NCBI GenBank assembly: GCA_040219255.1 | Contig: JAVJSW010000056.1 | Location: 32,001 to 96,000, forward strand | DNA: 64,000 nt | From: Sumerlaeia bacterium | Lineage (GTDB): Bacteria > Sumerlaeota > Sumerlaeia > SLMS01 > JAHLLQ01 | Direction of reading: 5' to 3' | In this document: one piece after another, positions 36,170 to 47,245 of the stretch | Position numbering within the stretch: the stretch's first letter is position 1 | Layout: every line of letters starts with the position of its first letter | Translations under genes and position numbers: made by a program | Notes under the pieces: model-generated | The model's input: the letters and a program-made list of their open reading frames with translations, nothing else | Told to the model about the DNA's origin: nothing | The model's database searches: none

Positions 36170-37753
36170 TCAGGCCCCGACCGGCTCGGCCGGTTTTTTC
36201 GGCAGGACCAATTGCCCCAGCCGTTTCGTGCCCGCCTTGACGTATTGGAAGGTCTGGCGCGGGCCGCCGGCTTTCAGGAGCATGCGGCTGATGTAGCGCG
36301 GCCGCAGGTACATCTTGAGCAGGTGCTCGCGGCGCCATTTGACCAGTTGGGCGCTCGACATGCCCGACAGCGTCCGGATGCCGCCGGTGGCGTAGCCCGC
36401 GCGGGCGGGGTCGTAGCTCGCCTCGAACAGCCCCTCGCGCAACGCGATTTCGTGCAGTTCGGTGCCCGGCAGCGGCGTCGCCAGGTTGAAATCGAAGAAG
36501 TCCGGGTCCAGGTCCTTGAGGAATTGATAGGTCCGCTCGAGCGTTTCCTCCGTCTCCCACGGCAGTCCGATCACCATGAACGCGTGGGTCCGCAGGCCAT
36601 TGCGCTTGCAGCAGGCCACCGCCTCGCGCGCCTGCTCCAGCGTCGCGTCCTTCTTCATTTGCACCAGCATGTCCGCATCGCCCGTTTCGATACCGAAGGC
36701 CACGACCCAGCAACCCGCGCGCTTCATTGCCGCGGCCCGTTCGTCGTCCATCGTGTCGACGCGGCTGTTGCAGCCCCAGTGAATATCCAGCCCGCGCTCG
36801 ACGATCTGATCGCAGAGCCGCATCAGCCAGCGCTTGTTGATCGTGAACGTGTCGCCGTGGAAGAGGAACTCGCGGATGCCGTACTTCGCCACGCATTCGG
36901 CCAACTCATCCACAACGCTCTCCGTCGAGCGAAAGCGCACCGTGAAATCCGTCAGCACCCCCGCCGGGCAATAGACGCACTTGCTCGGGCAGCCACGATT
37001 GCCATGCACCACGGTCAGGGGACGCCCCGTCTCGGGCGAGATATAGACCTCGTTGCGCAGCAGGTGACGCGCGGGCAGCGGCAGCTCGTCCAGCTTCGCC
37101 GGCAGGTCCCTCTTGCCGGTGAAGAACACGTTCTCCGCCTCCGCCCCGGCCAGGATCGCGGCGGGAACTTCCTCCCCGAAACGCTTGCGCAGGCGGCCCG
37201 CCACCTGGGCTTTGCCCTCTGGCACGACTAGGTTTTCGTTCGGCCGTTCGCCGAAGCGGTCGAGCAAATCGCTGCGGAAATGCAGGCCCTTGATGGCGCA
37301 GAAAGGCCGGCCCTCGGCGATTTCCGCCACCGCTTCCTCCGCCTCGTTGGGCAGGATCACGTCCACCTCGGGGTGATCGCGCAGCACCGTCTTGGCGTTC
37401 ACGATCAACGTTTCGCCCTTGGCCAGCGTCACCACATGGGGCAGCAACTCCTTGGCGAGACGGCACGTTTCCAGATCGCCCGCCATCGTGGCGGTCGTCG
37501 TGTTGATCATGATGCCGTCGGGTTGGAACTCTTCCACATCGGCCAGAAAGGCCTCCCAACCGCGGTTCGTGGCGGGATAGTCCTCGATGCGGCACTCGGT
37601 GCCCAAGCGCTCGCTGCAGGCCGCCGCCAGCGCCAAGTCCATCGGCGGAAAGACAATCTGCACCGTCTGATCCTCCACGGTGCACTGGCACCGGTCGTCG
37701 CGGCGATACAGGCCAGTCGGCGGATTGAGAAGAAGGAGTTTTTTCAGGCGCAT
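36170..37753 (-). CDS. B12-binding radical SAM protein
   Basis: LLLNPP...PPMDLA B12-binding N-terminus; RGCPSKCVYC (CxxxCxxC); FGIETG, FMVIGLPWET, TPLPGT. Confidence 0.92.
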   Translation of the reverse strand: MRLKKLLLLNPPTGLYRRDDRCQCTVEDQTVQIVFPPMDLALAAACSERLGTECRIEDYPATNRGWEAFLADVEEFQPDGIMINTTTATMAGDLETCRLAKELLPHVVTLAKGETLIVNAKTVLRDHPEVDVILPNEAEEAVAEIAEGRPFCAIKGLHFRSDLLDRFGERPNENLVVPEGKAQVAGRLRKRFGEEVPAAILAGAEAENVFFTGKRDLPAKLDELPLPARHLLRNEVYISPETGRPLTVVHGNRGCPSKCVYCPAGVLTDFTVRFRSTESVVDELAECVAKYGIREFLFHGDTFTINKRWLMRLCDQIVERGLDIHWGCNSRVDTMDDERAAAMKRAGCWVVAFGIETGDADMLVQMKKDATLEQAREAVACCKRNGLRTHAFMVIGLPWETEETLERTYQFLKDLDPDFFDFNLATPLPGTELHEIALREGLFEASYDPARAGYATGGIRTLSGMSSAQLVKWRREHLLKMYLRPRYISRMLLKAGGPRQTFQYVKAGTKRLGQLVLPKKPAEPVGA

Positions 37754-37911
37754 AGGGTGGGGGTCTTGCCGCGTTCTGTGGGCGGTGTGCTTCATGGGGT
37801 GGAAGGGCCAGGGCGACATGCGCTCTGCCGAATTCATCGGTCAGAACCTAAACGGGTATGACGTGCTCTTGTCCACCAAAAGCGCCCGTTCGGCCGCCGC
37901 CCGCCGCTACC

Positions 37912-38844
37912 TCAGCACCCGCCCTCGAATCCCGGAGCCGGTTCGATATGCACCACCACGTCGCGCACGTTGTACGGACTGTCGATCAGGGTGCGCTTCA
38001 CCGCCCCGGCGATGTCGTGGCCCTGGGAAACCGTCAGATCCCCATCCACCTCGACATGGATGTCCATCAGCAGGCCGAGCCCGCTCCTGCGCACACGGCA
38101 TTTTTCGATATCGACCACATCGGGCACCGCGCGGGCGATGGCGCGCAATTCCGCTTCGACCTCGTGCCCGACGTTGGCGTCCATCATGTCGTCGATACTG
38201 CGGCGCAGGAAATTGATGCCGTTGTACGCAATCACCGAGCACGCCAACAGCGCCGCCCAATCGTCGGCCGCCTCCCAGCCCGGCCCCCCGATCAGTGCGA
38301 TAGCGATCCCGACGAAGGCCGCGGCGGACGTGATGGCGTCGGAAATGTGGTGCAGCGCGTCGCTCTCCATCGCCAGCGACTTCATCTCGGCCCCCATGCG
38401 CCTCAACGTCCGCGATAGCGCGTACTTCGCCCCCACGACCACCACCAGCACCGGCAGCGTGAACCACGCCGGGGCATGATGCGGCGTCTGGATTTCCCGC
38501 ACGCTGTGCCACGCGATCAGGCCCGCCACTAACAGCAGCGTCCCCGCCACCACGAAGCCCGCCAGCGTCTCCGCCTTGCCATGGCCGTAGGGGTGCTTTT
38601 CATCCGGCGGCCGGATCGACATGTAGATGCCGAACAGCACCACCACGGACGTCACGATATCCGCCAGCGACTCGATCCCATCGGCGATCAGAGCGTACGA
38701 ATTGCCCACGGCACCGGTGACGATCTTCAGCGCCGCCAGGCACAGACTGACCATGATGCCAATGGCCGTCAGCCGCATCGCACCGCCCACGTTCAGGGCG
38801 GGAGGCTGGGCCGGGGCGGGCTTTTCCGGAGTCGAAGAAGGCAT
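37912..38844 (-). CDS. Cation diffusion facilitator (FieF-like)
   Basis: ALIADGIESLAD, PPDEKHPYGHGKAE, DALHHISD, VHIEP. Confidence 0.93.
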   Translation of the reverse strand: MPSSTPEKPAPAQPPALNVGGAMRLTAIGIMVSLCLAALKIVTGAVGNSYALIADGIESLADIVTSVVVLFGIYMSIRPPDEKHPYGHGKAETLAGFVVAGTLLLVAGLIAWHSVREIQTPHHAPAWFTLPVLVVVVGAKYALSRTLRRMGAEMKSLAMESDALHHISDAITSAAAFVGIAIALIGGPGWEAADDWAALLACSVIAYNGINFLRRSIDDMMDANVGHEVEAELRAIARAVPDVVDIEKCRVRRSGLGLLMDIHVEVDGDLTVSQGHDIAGAVKRTLIDSPYNVRDVVVHIEPAPGFEGGC

Positions 38845-38966
38845 CAGAGCGCCCCTAAAAAGGTAACACGGCCGTCCCGGCCGTGACCAGCCCGCCCCCT
38901 CCCACGCCCGTAACTGTTATAGAAACAAAGCTCTCGGTTGAGATTGGCGAAGGACAGAGGCGAGAG

Positions 38967-38982
38967 TTTTTCACGTGAAACG
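38967..38982. other. parS-like site
   Basis: TTTTTCACGTGAAACG matches 14/16 of TGTTTCACGTGAAACA; intergenic. Confidence 0.5.
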
Positions 38983-38988
38983 CTGCGG

Positions 38989-39100
38989 AGCACAGGCTGG
39001 AGAGCCTGTGCTACACGGGCTGCCGGTGCTCTCTTTAAATGTGGCACAGGCACTCTTGCCTGTGTGCTGAGAGCCAAGGGCTAAAGTGCCTGCGCCACAT
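38989..39100. repeat. REP-like palindrome cluster (family C)
   Basis: AGCACAGGCT-GGAG-AGCCTGTGCT hairpin; ATGTGGCACAGGCACT (39039-39054) inverted with AGTGCCTGCGCCACAT (39085-39100), 15/16 match. Confidence 0.6.
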
Positions 39101-39109
39101 GGTGGGCCG

Positions 39110-40312
<1,203 letters not shown>

Positions 40313-40544
40313 AGGTCGGAAACTCTCTCTGTGCTGTCGGGGACGCCGCGCGGGCGGGCGGGGCGAAGGGACAAGGGCCTCGCCGTTTCCCCGGAATGAA
40401 GTGCACAAACGCTAGGAGGCCTCCGCGCCGCAAGGCAAGACGGAATGGAGCGGCGGGCGGCCGGTGAGGGCTTTTCGTTGCGGCGGGTGTAACGAGGCCT
40501 CAACCAATCGGTAACCTTCTTCCCTCCAACCCGGGAGTTAATCG

Positions 40545-41729
40545 ATGCCCGCCGCAGGCCCCCTGAGAGAACTCGCCGCGCTTTTTCTCCGCCTTGGCTT
40601 CACCGCCTTCGGAGGCCCCGCCGCCCACATCGCCATGCTCGAGGACGAGGTGGTGACGCGGCGCGGGTGGTTGACGCATCAGGACTTCCTCGATTTTCTG
40701 GGCGTCACGAACCTGATCCCGGGGCCGAATTCGACAGAAATGGCGCTACACGTCGGTATGGCCCGCGCCGGGTGGCGGGGGCTCCTGGTGGCGGGGGCGT
40801 GCTTCCTGGGACCGGCGGTGCTGCTGACCGGCATCGCCGCGTGGCTATACGTCCGTTTCGGATCTGTACCCGAGGCAAAACCTTTGCTGGCCGGTATCCA
40901 AGCCGCCGTCCTAGCCGTCATCGCCGGGGCGTTGTGGAAGCTCGGCAAGAAGGCCATCAAAGGCCCCGGCCTCGCCCTGCTCGGCGCCGGCGTCGTGGCC
41001 GCGTCGCTCCTGGGCGCGGGCGAAATCACCCTCCTCGCAGCCAGCGGCCTCCTCTGGGCGCTCCTCGCCAAAGCCCGCCCGGCGAAAGCCACCGCCGCCA
41101 AAGCCACCGGCCTCCTTGCCCTCGGCGCCGCAGGGCCCGCCTCCGCCGCCACCACCGGCACCCTTGCTACGGCTGCCGGCGCCGCCGCCTTAGCGCCCGT
41201 CAGCCTCGCCGCCCTGGGCCTTTTCTTCCTCAAGATCGGCGCGGTTCTTTACGGCAGCGGCTACGTCCTGATCGCGTTTCTCGAGGGTGGCCTGGTTGAC
41301 GAACGCGGCTGGCTAACCCGGCAGCAACTCCTCGACGCCGTCGCCCTGGGCCAGTTCACGCCCGGCCCGGTGCTTTCCACCGCGACCTTTATCGGCTATC
41401 TGCTGGCGGGCTGGCCGGGGGCGATTGTCGCCACGGCTGGAATTTTTCTACCCAGTTTTTGTTTTGTACCCCTGGTTCATCACCGGGTCAAAGCGCTCCG
41501 CAAGAACGCCTTCACCGCCGCCCTGCTCGATGGCGTCAACGTCGCCGCTATGGGCTTGATCGCGGCGGTCCTGATCCAGCTCTCCGCCGTCGTCGCCGAC
41601 TCCTGGGGAGCCGCCGCCATCGGCCTCGCCAGCGCCGTGGCGGTCCTGCGCTTTCGCGTCAGCGCGCTCTGGGTCGTTCCCGCCGGGGGGCTACTCGGTC
41701 TTGTCCTCGGGGCCCTCGGCCTCCTCTAG
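40545..41729 (+). CDS. chrA: Chromate efflux transporter, long form
   Basis: AFGGPAAHIAM, IPGPNSTE, GSGYVL, GQFTPGP. Confidence 0.92.
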   Translation: MPAAGPLRELAALFLRLGFTAFGGPAAHIAMLEDEVVTRRGWLTHQDFLDFLGVTNLIPGPNSTEMALHVGMARAGWRGLLVAGACFLGPAVLLTGIAAWLYVRFGSVPEAKPLLAGIQAAVLAVIAGALWKLGKKAIKGPGLALLGAGVVAASLLGAGEITLLAASGLLWALLAKARPAKATAAKATGLLALGAAGPASAATTGTLATAAGAAALAPVSLAALGLFFLKIGAVLYGSGYVLIAFLEGGLVDERGWLTRQQLLDAVALGQFTPGPVLSTATFIGYLLAGWPGAIVATAGIFLPSFCFVPLVHHRVKALRKNAFTAALLDGVNVAAMGLIAAVLIQLSAVVADSWGAAAIGLASAVAVLRFRVSALWVVPAGGLLGLVLGALGLL

Positions 41730-42584
41730 CGGCGCCTGCCAACGCTTCAGTTTCCTCACCTTAGGGTTCGCCCCGGCCAGCCGCCGCTTCATCACCGCGA
41801 TGGCTTCCGGGTTGTTGTCGATCAGGATGGCGTCGCGCCCCAGCTCCGCCGCCGCCGCGCCCAGGGTGCCGCTGCCCGCGAAAAAATCCATCACCGTCTC
41901 GCCGGGGTTGCTGTGCACGGCGACGATGCGCCGGATGATGGCGATGGGTTTCTGGGTCGGATAGCCGGTCTTTTCCTTGCCGTTTGTCGGCACCACGGTT
42001 TGCCACCAGACGTCCGTCGGTGTCTTGCCCCGCGCCGCTTTTTCCGGCCCGACGAGGCCCGGCGCCATGTAGGGAATGCGATCGATGGCGTCGTAGTTGT
42101 AGGTGTAGTGGGCCGGGTCCCGCGCGTACCAGAAAATCGTGTCGTGCTTCGCGGGCCAGCGCGTCTTGGGCCGGCCGCCGTAATCATAGGACCAGATGAT
42201 TTCGTTCAGGAAACTGGCGCGGCCGAAAATCTCGTCCAGCAGCACCTTGCAGTAATGGCTCTCGCGCGGGTCGCAGTGAAAAAACAGGCTCCCCGTCGGC
42301 GCCAGAAGCCGGTGCGCTTCCTCGAGCCGGGGCGCCAGAAACGGCAAATAGTCATCGCCAAACTGATCGTCATACCCCTGCAACGACACCAGCTTTTCCG
42401 TGCGGTACCGCCGGCCCAGAAACCCCTGCCGGTCGCCGCCTTCGTCGTCGTGCACGGTTTTCACACGGTATCGCTTCTGGCGTTTGCCGGTGTTGAACGG
42501 TGGATCGATGTAGATCAGGTTCACCGACCCGGCGGCCATCTCGCGCAGAATGGTCAGGTTGTCGCCTTCGCGAATTTCGATCAT
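41691..42584 (-). CDS. Orphan DNA N6-adenine/N4-cytosine methyltransferase (beta order)
   Basis: YIDPPF (motif IV) precedes YPTQKP and DFFAGSGT (motif I); NEIIW; no neighbouring endonuclease gene. Confidence 0.9.
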   Translation of the reverse strand: MIEIREGDNLTILREMAAGSVNLIYIDPPFNTGKRQKRYRVKTVHDDEGGDRQGFLGRRYRTEKLVSLQGYDDQFGDDYLPFLAPRLEEAHRLLAPTGSLFFHCDPRESHYCKVLLDEIFGRASFLNEIIWSYDYGGRPKTRWPAKHDTIFWYARDPAHYTYNYDAIDRIPYMAPGLVGPEKAARGKTPTDVWWQTVVPTNGKEKTGYPTQKPIAIIRRIVAVHSNPGETVMDFFAGSGTLGAAAAELGRDAILIDNNPEAIAVMKRRLAGANPKVRKLKRWQAPLEEAEGPEDKTE

Positions 42585-42886
42585 GGGTGGGGGATGGCGG
42601 CGGATAGGCGCAAACGGGATAAGGTGAAGCGAATCCTGGCCACCTTGGCCGCGAGCCGTCAATCGGATGGGGAGGGTTCGGCGGCAGGCCTTAAAAAGGG
42701 GAACCGGCCCTGGGGGAGGGCCGATTCGGGGGATCGACGGAGTGCGGGGACATCCGCCGTCCCAAGATTTGGTGTGGGGGGAGTCAGCGTCTGTATCTCT
42801 CCGACGCTGTAAAAAAACGTTAGCGCCTCCTGTTGGGCTTTGTCCAGAGAAAATCTCGCGAAACTCGAAACTTTTTTCCCCTCCCC

Positions 42887-44239
42887 TCAGTGAGCCCCCG
42901 CCATCACTGGCGCTTCATCGTACACGAACTCGCCGTCCGCCATCCAGAATCGCGGCGGCGCAATCGGCGCGCCCTTCTTCACCGCGTCCACGAATTCGTC
43001 CCAGAATTGAATCAGCGCCGACCCGACGGGCCACGCGGCGGCGTCGCCCAGGGCGCAGATGCTCTTGCCCGAGATCATGCCGCTGCCGGGTTTGCCTTCG
43101 CCAGCGATGCTCTTCAGCGTTTCCAGGTCGTCCATCGTGCCCTGGCCCGCGCAAATGCGTTGCAGGATCTTGTGCATCCAGGCGCTGCCTTCCCGGCAGG
43201 GCGTGCACTGGCCACAGCTCTCGTGGCGGTAGAAGTGCGACAGGTTGGCCAGCGCCCACGGCGCCGGAACCGTCTCGTCCATCACCATCACGGCGCTCGA
43301 CCCGAGCATCGACCCGGCCGCCGCCACGCCTTCGTGGCTCAGCGGAATGTCGATCTGGTCGGGCTTGAGCCACGGCACCGATGAACCGCCGGGGATCACG
43401 AACTTCAGCTTCCGGTCGCCCCGGATGCCGCCGCACACGTCATAGATCAGTTGCTTCAGCGTCACCGTCGGCGGCAGCTCGTACACGCCGGGCTTTTTCA
43501 CGTGGCCGCTGACGCTGTAGAGGCGCATGCCGGTGGTGCGTTCATGGACCATGCCTTTGAACCACTCGGCGCCGCGCTTGAGGATGATGCCCGTGTCGAT
43601 GATCGTCTCGACATTGTTGATAATCGTCGGCTTGGCATAGAAACCGGTTACGGCGGGGAAGGGCGGCTTCAGCTTCGGATAGCCGCGATAGCCTTCCAGG
43701 CTGGTCAGCAGGGCCGTTTCCTCGCCACAGATATAGGCCCCGGCGCCCCGGTGCACGGTGATGTGGCACCGCACGCCCTTGCCGAAGGCGTTGTCGCCCA
43801 GGTAGCCCTTGTCGTAAGCTTCCTGCACGGCCTTGTTCAGGACTTTCGCCGCCTTGTAGTACTCGCCGCGGATGTATATCCAAGCTTCCTCGCCCTGAAT
43901 CGCGCGAAGGGCGCAGATGATGCCTTCGACCAACAGGTGGGGGCGCTGCTCCATCAGCGGGCGATCCTTACAGGTGCCCGGCTCGGACTCGTCGGCATTC
44001 ACCGCCAGATAGCGCGGGAAGACGCCCTTGGGCAGGAACGACCACTTCATGCCGGTGGGGAAGCCCGCGCCGCCACGGCCGCGCAGGCCCGAGTCCTTGA
44101 TGACCCCGATGATCGCGTCCGGCTCCATTTCGAGTGCCTTCTGCGCGGCCTCGTAGTGGCCGTAGGCATCGATCCACTCGGTCTCGTCCTTCTCGATGTT
44201 GGGGAGAAGAACCTTCTCGAAATCAGCGTAGGCGCTCAT
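42887..44239 (-). CDS. nuoF: NADH-quinone oxidoreductase subunit F
   Basis: GLRGRGGAGFPTG, NADESEPGT, GAGAYICGEETAL, ESCGQCTPCREG. Confidence 0.97.
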   Translation of the reverse strand: MSAYADFEKVLLPNIEKDETEWIDAYGHYEAAQKALEMEPDAIIGVIKDSGLRGRGGAGFPTGMKWSFLPKGVFPRYLAVNADESEPGTCKDRPLMEQRPHLLVEGIICALRAIQGEEAWIYIRGEYYKAAKVLNKAVQEAYDKGYLGDNAFGKGVRCHITVHRGAGAYICGEETALLTSLEGYRGYPKLKPPFPAVTGFYAKPTIINNVETIIDTGIILKRGAEWFKGMVHERTTGMRLYSVSGHVKKPGVYELPPTVTLKQLIYDVCGGIRGDRKLKFVIPGGSSVPWLKPDQIDIPLSHEGVAAAGSMLGSSAVMVMDETVPAPWALANLSHFYRHESCGQCTPCREGSAWMHKILQRICAGQGTMDDLETLKSIAGEGKPGSGMISGKSICALGDAAAWPVGSALIQFWDEFVDAVKKGAPIAPPRFWMADGEFVYDEAPVMAGAH

Positions 44240-44287
44240 CAGGCAACGACCTCCGGAGGGGTAGCAAAAGATTGGAAAGACAAGGAT

Positions 44288-44767
44288 TTAGTGCCCGTAC
44301 TTGCACGCGCCGATCAGCGCGTCCAGGCTCTTCGGCGTCAGGTTGCCGTGCAGATCTTCGTTCAGCAGCAGCGCCGGCGCCACCGAACACGCGCCGATGC
44401 ACTCGACCAGCTCCAGGCTGAACAGCCCGTCCCCGGTCACTTTGCCCACCTCGATGCCGTGCTTTTCGTGCAGGTAGTGCTGAATTTCAAACGCCCCGCA
44501 AATCGCGCAGGACAGCGTATCGCAAAGCCCGATGTGGTACTTGCCGACGGGTTTCTGCTGGAACATGGTGTAGAAGGACACGACCTCGTACACTTCGGCG
44601 GTGGTGCAGCCCACGACGTTGGCGACTTCCGCCATCGCTTCCTGGCTCACCCAGCCTTCCTTCTCCTGGACCATCCACAGGAGCGGCAGCATGATCGAGC
44701 GGCGCCCCGGATAGCGTTTCGCAAGTGCCTCGATTTCGTCGTGGCGTTCGGCAAGAATGGCGCTCAT
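44288..44767 (-). CDS. nuoE: NADH-quinone oxidoreductase subunit E
   Basis: EVVSFYTMF, CDTLSC, ECIGAC [2Fe-2S] ligands. Confidence 0.95.
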   Translation of the reverse strand: MSAILAERHDEIEALAKRYPGRRSIMLPLLWMVQEKEGWVSQEAMAEVANVVGCTTAEVYEVVSFYTMFQQKPVGKYHIGLCDTLSCAICGAFEIQHYLHEKHGIEVGKVTGDGLFSLELVECIGACSVAPALLLNEDLHGNLTPKSLDALIGACKYGH

Positions 44768-44792
44768 CGGTTTTCGCGGCCTCGTCTTCTTC

Positions 44793-45167
44793 CTAGGGTG
44801 TCTGAGGAGCGGGCTCGTTGCGGTCCGCCGCCTCGTCGTCATCGTCGTCGGGGAGGTCGTCCCCGTCCGCATACAAATCGTCGTACTGACCATTGTCGTA
44901 CGCCGTCTTCGAGAGGTAGCCGAACAGCAGCGCACCCCCCGCCAGGAACGGCGTCGCGACAAAAAGTAGCGTTCCCCACTCGCGGCGCAAGCCAGGGTTC
45001 ACCACAATCGCCACCCAGGCCCCCGCCACCAACGCCAAAAACACCCCCGCCGTCGCCCAATCCCAGGCCAACTTGCGCCAGGCCCGGTCCCCCGAAGCGC
45101 ACACAATCCCCTCCAAGACCTTGTGGAGGAAGAGGAGGATGGCGATGGAGAGGACGATATAAGCCAT
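44793..45167 (-). CDS. Small membrane protein (about 3 TM, acidic tail) between nuoD and nuoE
   Basis: 124-aa co-oriented ORF filling the gap; three hydrophobic stretches; DDLPDDDDDE tail. Confidence 0.6.
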   Translation of the reverse strand: MAYIVLSIAILLFLHKVLEGIVCASGDRAWRKLAWDWATAGVFLALVAGAWVAIVVNPGLRREWGTLLFVATPFLAGGALLFGYLSKTAYDNGQYDDLYADGDDLPDDDDDEAADRNEPAPQTP

Positions 45168-45282
45168 GTGGCGAAGACTCGGGCGATTCGAAAATCATGC
45201 ACCGTCCTGCGCTCAACGGATCGCGTCTTCTCTTACGACCGATCCCCTTTGCGCTACGGACGCCGCACGCTAAACGACCGCG

Positions 45283-46506
45283 TCAGCGGTCCACCTCCCC
45301 CATGACCGGGTCGAGGCTGGCGATGATGGCGACGATGTCCGCCAGCAGCATGCCCTTCGACATCGGATGGAGGCCCTGCAGGTTCGTGAAACTGGGGCTG
45401 CGGATGCCCAGGCGGTAGGACTTCGAGCCGCCGTCGCTGACGAGATAGAAACCCAACTCGCCCTTCGGCGCTTCGATCGCGTGGTACACTTCGCCGGCCG
45501 GAATCTTCAGGCCTTCGGACGCGAGCAGGAAGTGGTGGATCAGGTCCTCCATGCTCTTCTTCACATTTTCCTTCGGCGGGAAAATCACCTTGTTGTTCGA
45601 GATGTTGACCGGCTCGTCCTGCATTTTCTCCAGGCGGTCGAGGCACTGGCAGGCGATCTTCCAGGCTTCGCGCATTTCCTTCATGCGCACGAAGTAGCGC
45701 GCCAGGCAGTCGCCCTTCGTTTCCACGGCCACTTCCCAATCCAGCTCGTCATAGGCCAGGTAGGGCATGTCGCGGCGGATGTCCCAGTTCACGCCGGAAC
45801 CGCGCAGGCACGGACCTGACAGGCCGAGATCGATGGCGTCCTGGGCGCTGATGATGCCGATGTCGCGCACGCGGCCCAGGAACAGTTCGTTCTCGTTCAG
45901 CATGAACTCGATCTCTTCCTGCACCGCCATGTAGCCGTCCAGGAATTCGCGCACCCGGTCGTGCCACGCGGGGTAATCGCCCCGCATCACACCGCCCACG
46001 CGCATGTAAGACACGGTGAAGCGCGCGCCGGAAATGTACTCGAAAATATCGTAGAGCTTCTCGCGCTGCTTGAAGGCCCACATGAAAATCGTCATGGCGC
46101 CCAGTTCCAGCGCCCCCGTGCCGAGCCACAGCAGGTGCCCGGAAATGCGGGCCAGTTCGCACAGCAGCGTCCGCAGGTACTTGCAGCGCGGCGTGATCTC
46201 GATCCCCAGCGCCTTCTCGCACGTCATCACGAACGCCGTGTTGTTCGACATCGGCGACAGGTAATCCATACGGTCGGTGTAGGGAATGAACTGGTGGTAC
46301 GTTTTGAACTCGGCGTGCTTTTCCTTCGCGCGGTGCAGGTAGCCGAGGATCGTCTTCGTATCGGTCACCACCTCGCCGTCCAGTTCGAGGATCACGCGCA
46401 GCACGCCGTGCGTCGACGGGTGCTGCGGGCCCATGTTGATGGTCATGGACTCCATGCCGGCGGCACCGACTCCGAAAGTTTGTTCGACAACGCGTTTGGT
46501 GGCCAT
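45283..46506 (-). CDS. nuoD: NADH-quinone oxidoreductase subunit D
   Basis: GPQHPSTHGVLR, GYLHR, DRMDY, EAPKGE, GEVDR. Confidence 0.97.
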   Translation of the reverse strand: MATKRVVEQTFGVGAAGMESMTINMGPQHPSTHGVLRVILELDGEVVTDTKTILGYLHRAKEKHAEFKTYHQFIPYTDRMDYLSPMSNNTAFVMTCEKALGIEITPRCKYLRTLLCELARISGHLLWLGTGALELGAMTIFMWAFKQREKLYDIFEYISGARFTVSYMRVGGVMRGDYPAWHDRVREFLDGYMAVQEEIEFMLNENELFLGRVRDIGIISAQDAIDLGLSGPCLRGSGVNWDIRRDMPYLAYDELDWEVAVETKGDCLARYFVRMKEMREAWKIACQCLDRLEKMQDEPVNISNNKVIFPPKENVKKSMEDLIHHFLLASEGLKIPAGEVYHAIEAPKGELGFYLVSDGGSKSYRLGIRSPSFTNLQGLHPMSKGMLLADIVAIIASLDPVMGEVDR

Positions 46507-46561
46507 CAGTCAGTCTTTCTTCGAGAGGAAAGGGGCTTCGGATTCGAGGAGGGGAAGGTCC

Positions 46562-47161
46562 TTAGATGTCGCTCTGCTGAACGCGGATGCGGGGCACCAA
46601 ATTCGGCGGTTCGCCCGCGTGCGGGTTCGTCGCGCGCTTGAAGTAGAAGCTCTTCACACCGCCCAGCGGGAAGTCCTTGCGCAGCGGGTGGCCTTCCCAA
46701 TCGTCGGGCATCAGGATGCGCCGCAGGTCCGGGTGGCCCTGGAAAATGAGACCGAACATGTCGTAGGTCTCGCGCTCGTGGAAATCCGCCGTCCCCCAGA
46801 TCCCGACCACCGAATTGATCGTCGGGTCGTCCTCTGGCACCGGCACGCGGACGCGGATCCGATGGGCTTTCGTCAACGACAGCAGGTGGTACACCACGTC
46901 GAAGCGAACGTCGCGCCCCATCGCCAGGTAATCCACCGCCGTCAGGTACGACAGGAAATTGAACTGGAAACTCGGGTCGTCTCGCAGGAAGGTCAGCGCT
47001 TCCGTGACCACCGAGCGATCCATCACCACGGTGATTTCAGACATCTCCGGGTTCTTGTCGTTGTGAACCAGGATGTCGCTGATGGCGTCGCCGAACTTCT
47101 CACGCAGTTTGTTGGTCAGAAGCTGATGCAGCTTTTCCATTTTTTCCGTGTAGATGGACAT
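46562..47161 (-). CDS. nuoC: NADH-quinone oxidoreductase subunit C
   Basis: ERETYDMFG..F.GHPDLRRIL...W.GHPLRKD. Confidence 0.96.
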   Translation of the reverse strand: MSIYTEKMEKLHQLLTNKLREKFGDAISDILVHNDKNPEMSEITVVMDRSVVTEALTFLRDDPSFQFNFLSYLTAVDYLAMGRDVRFDVVYHLLSLTKAHRIRVRVPVPEDDPTINSVVGIWGTADFHERETYDMFGLIFQGHPDLRRILMPDDWEGHPLRKDFPLGGVKSFYFKRATNPHAGEPPNLVPRIRVQQSDI

Positions 47162-47245
47162 GAACGGCTCTTTCCGGTCGATGAGAGAAAACGCGAAATC
47201 GCCCCGGCGCTCAAAGGCGGCGGGGCGGGTGAGGAGGCGCGCCTG

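Noticed and set aside
40313-40544. Possible SAM riboswitch upstream of metK
   Set aside because: No SAM-I core or SAM-II pattern recognisable by eye; an Infernal/Rfam scan would be needed to exclude it.
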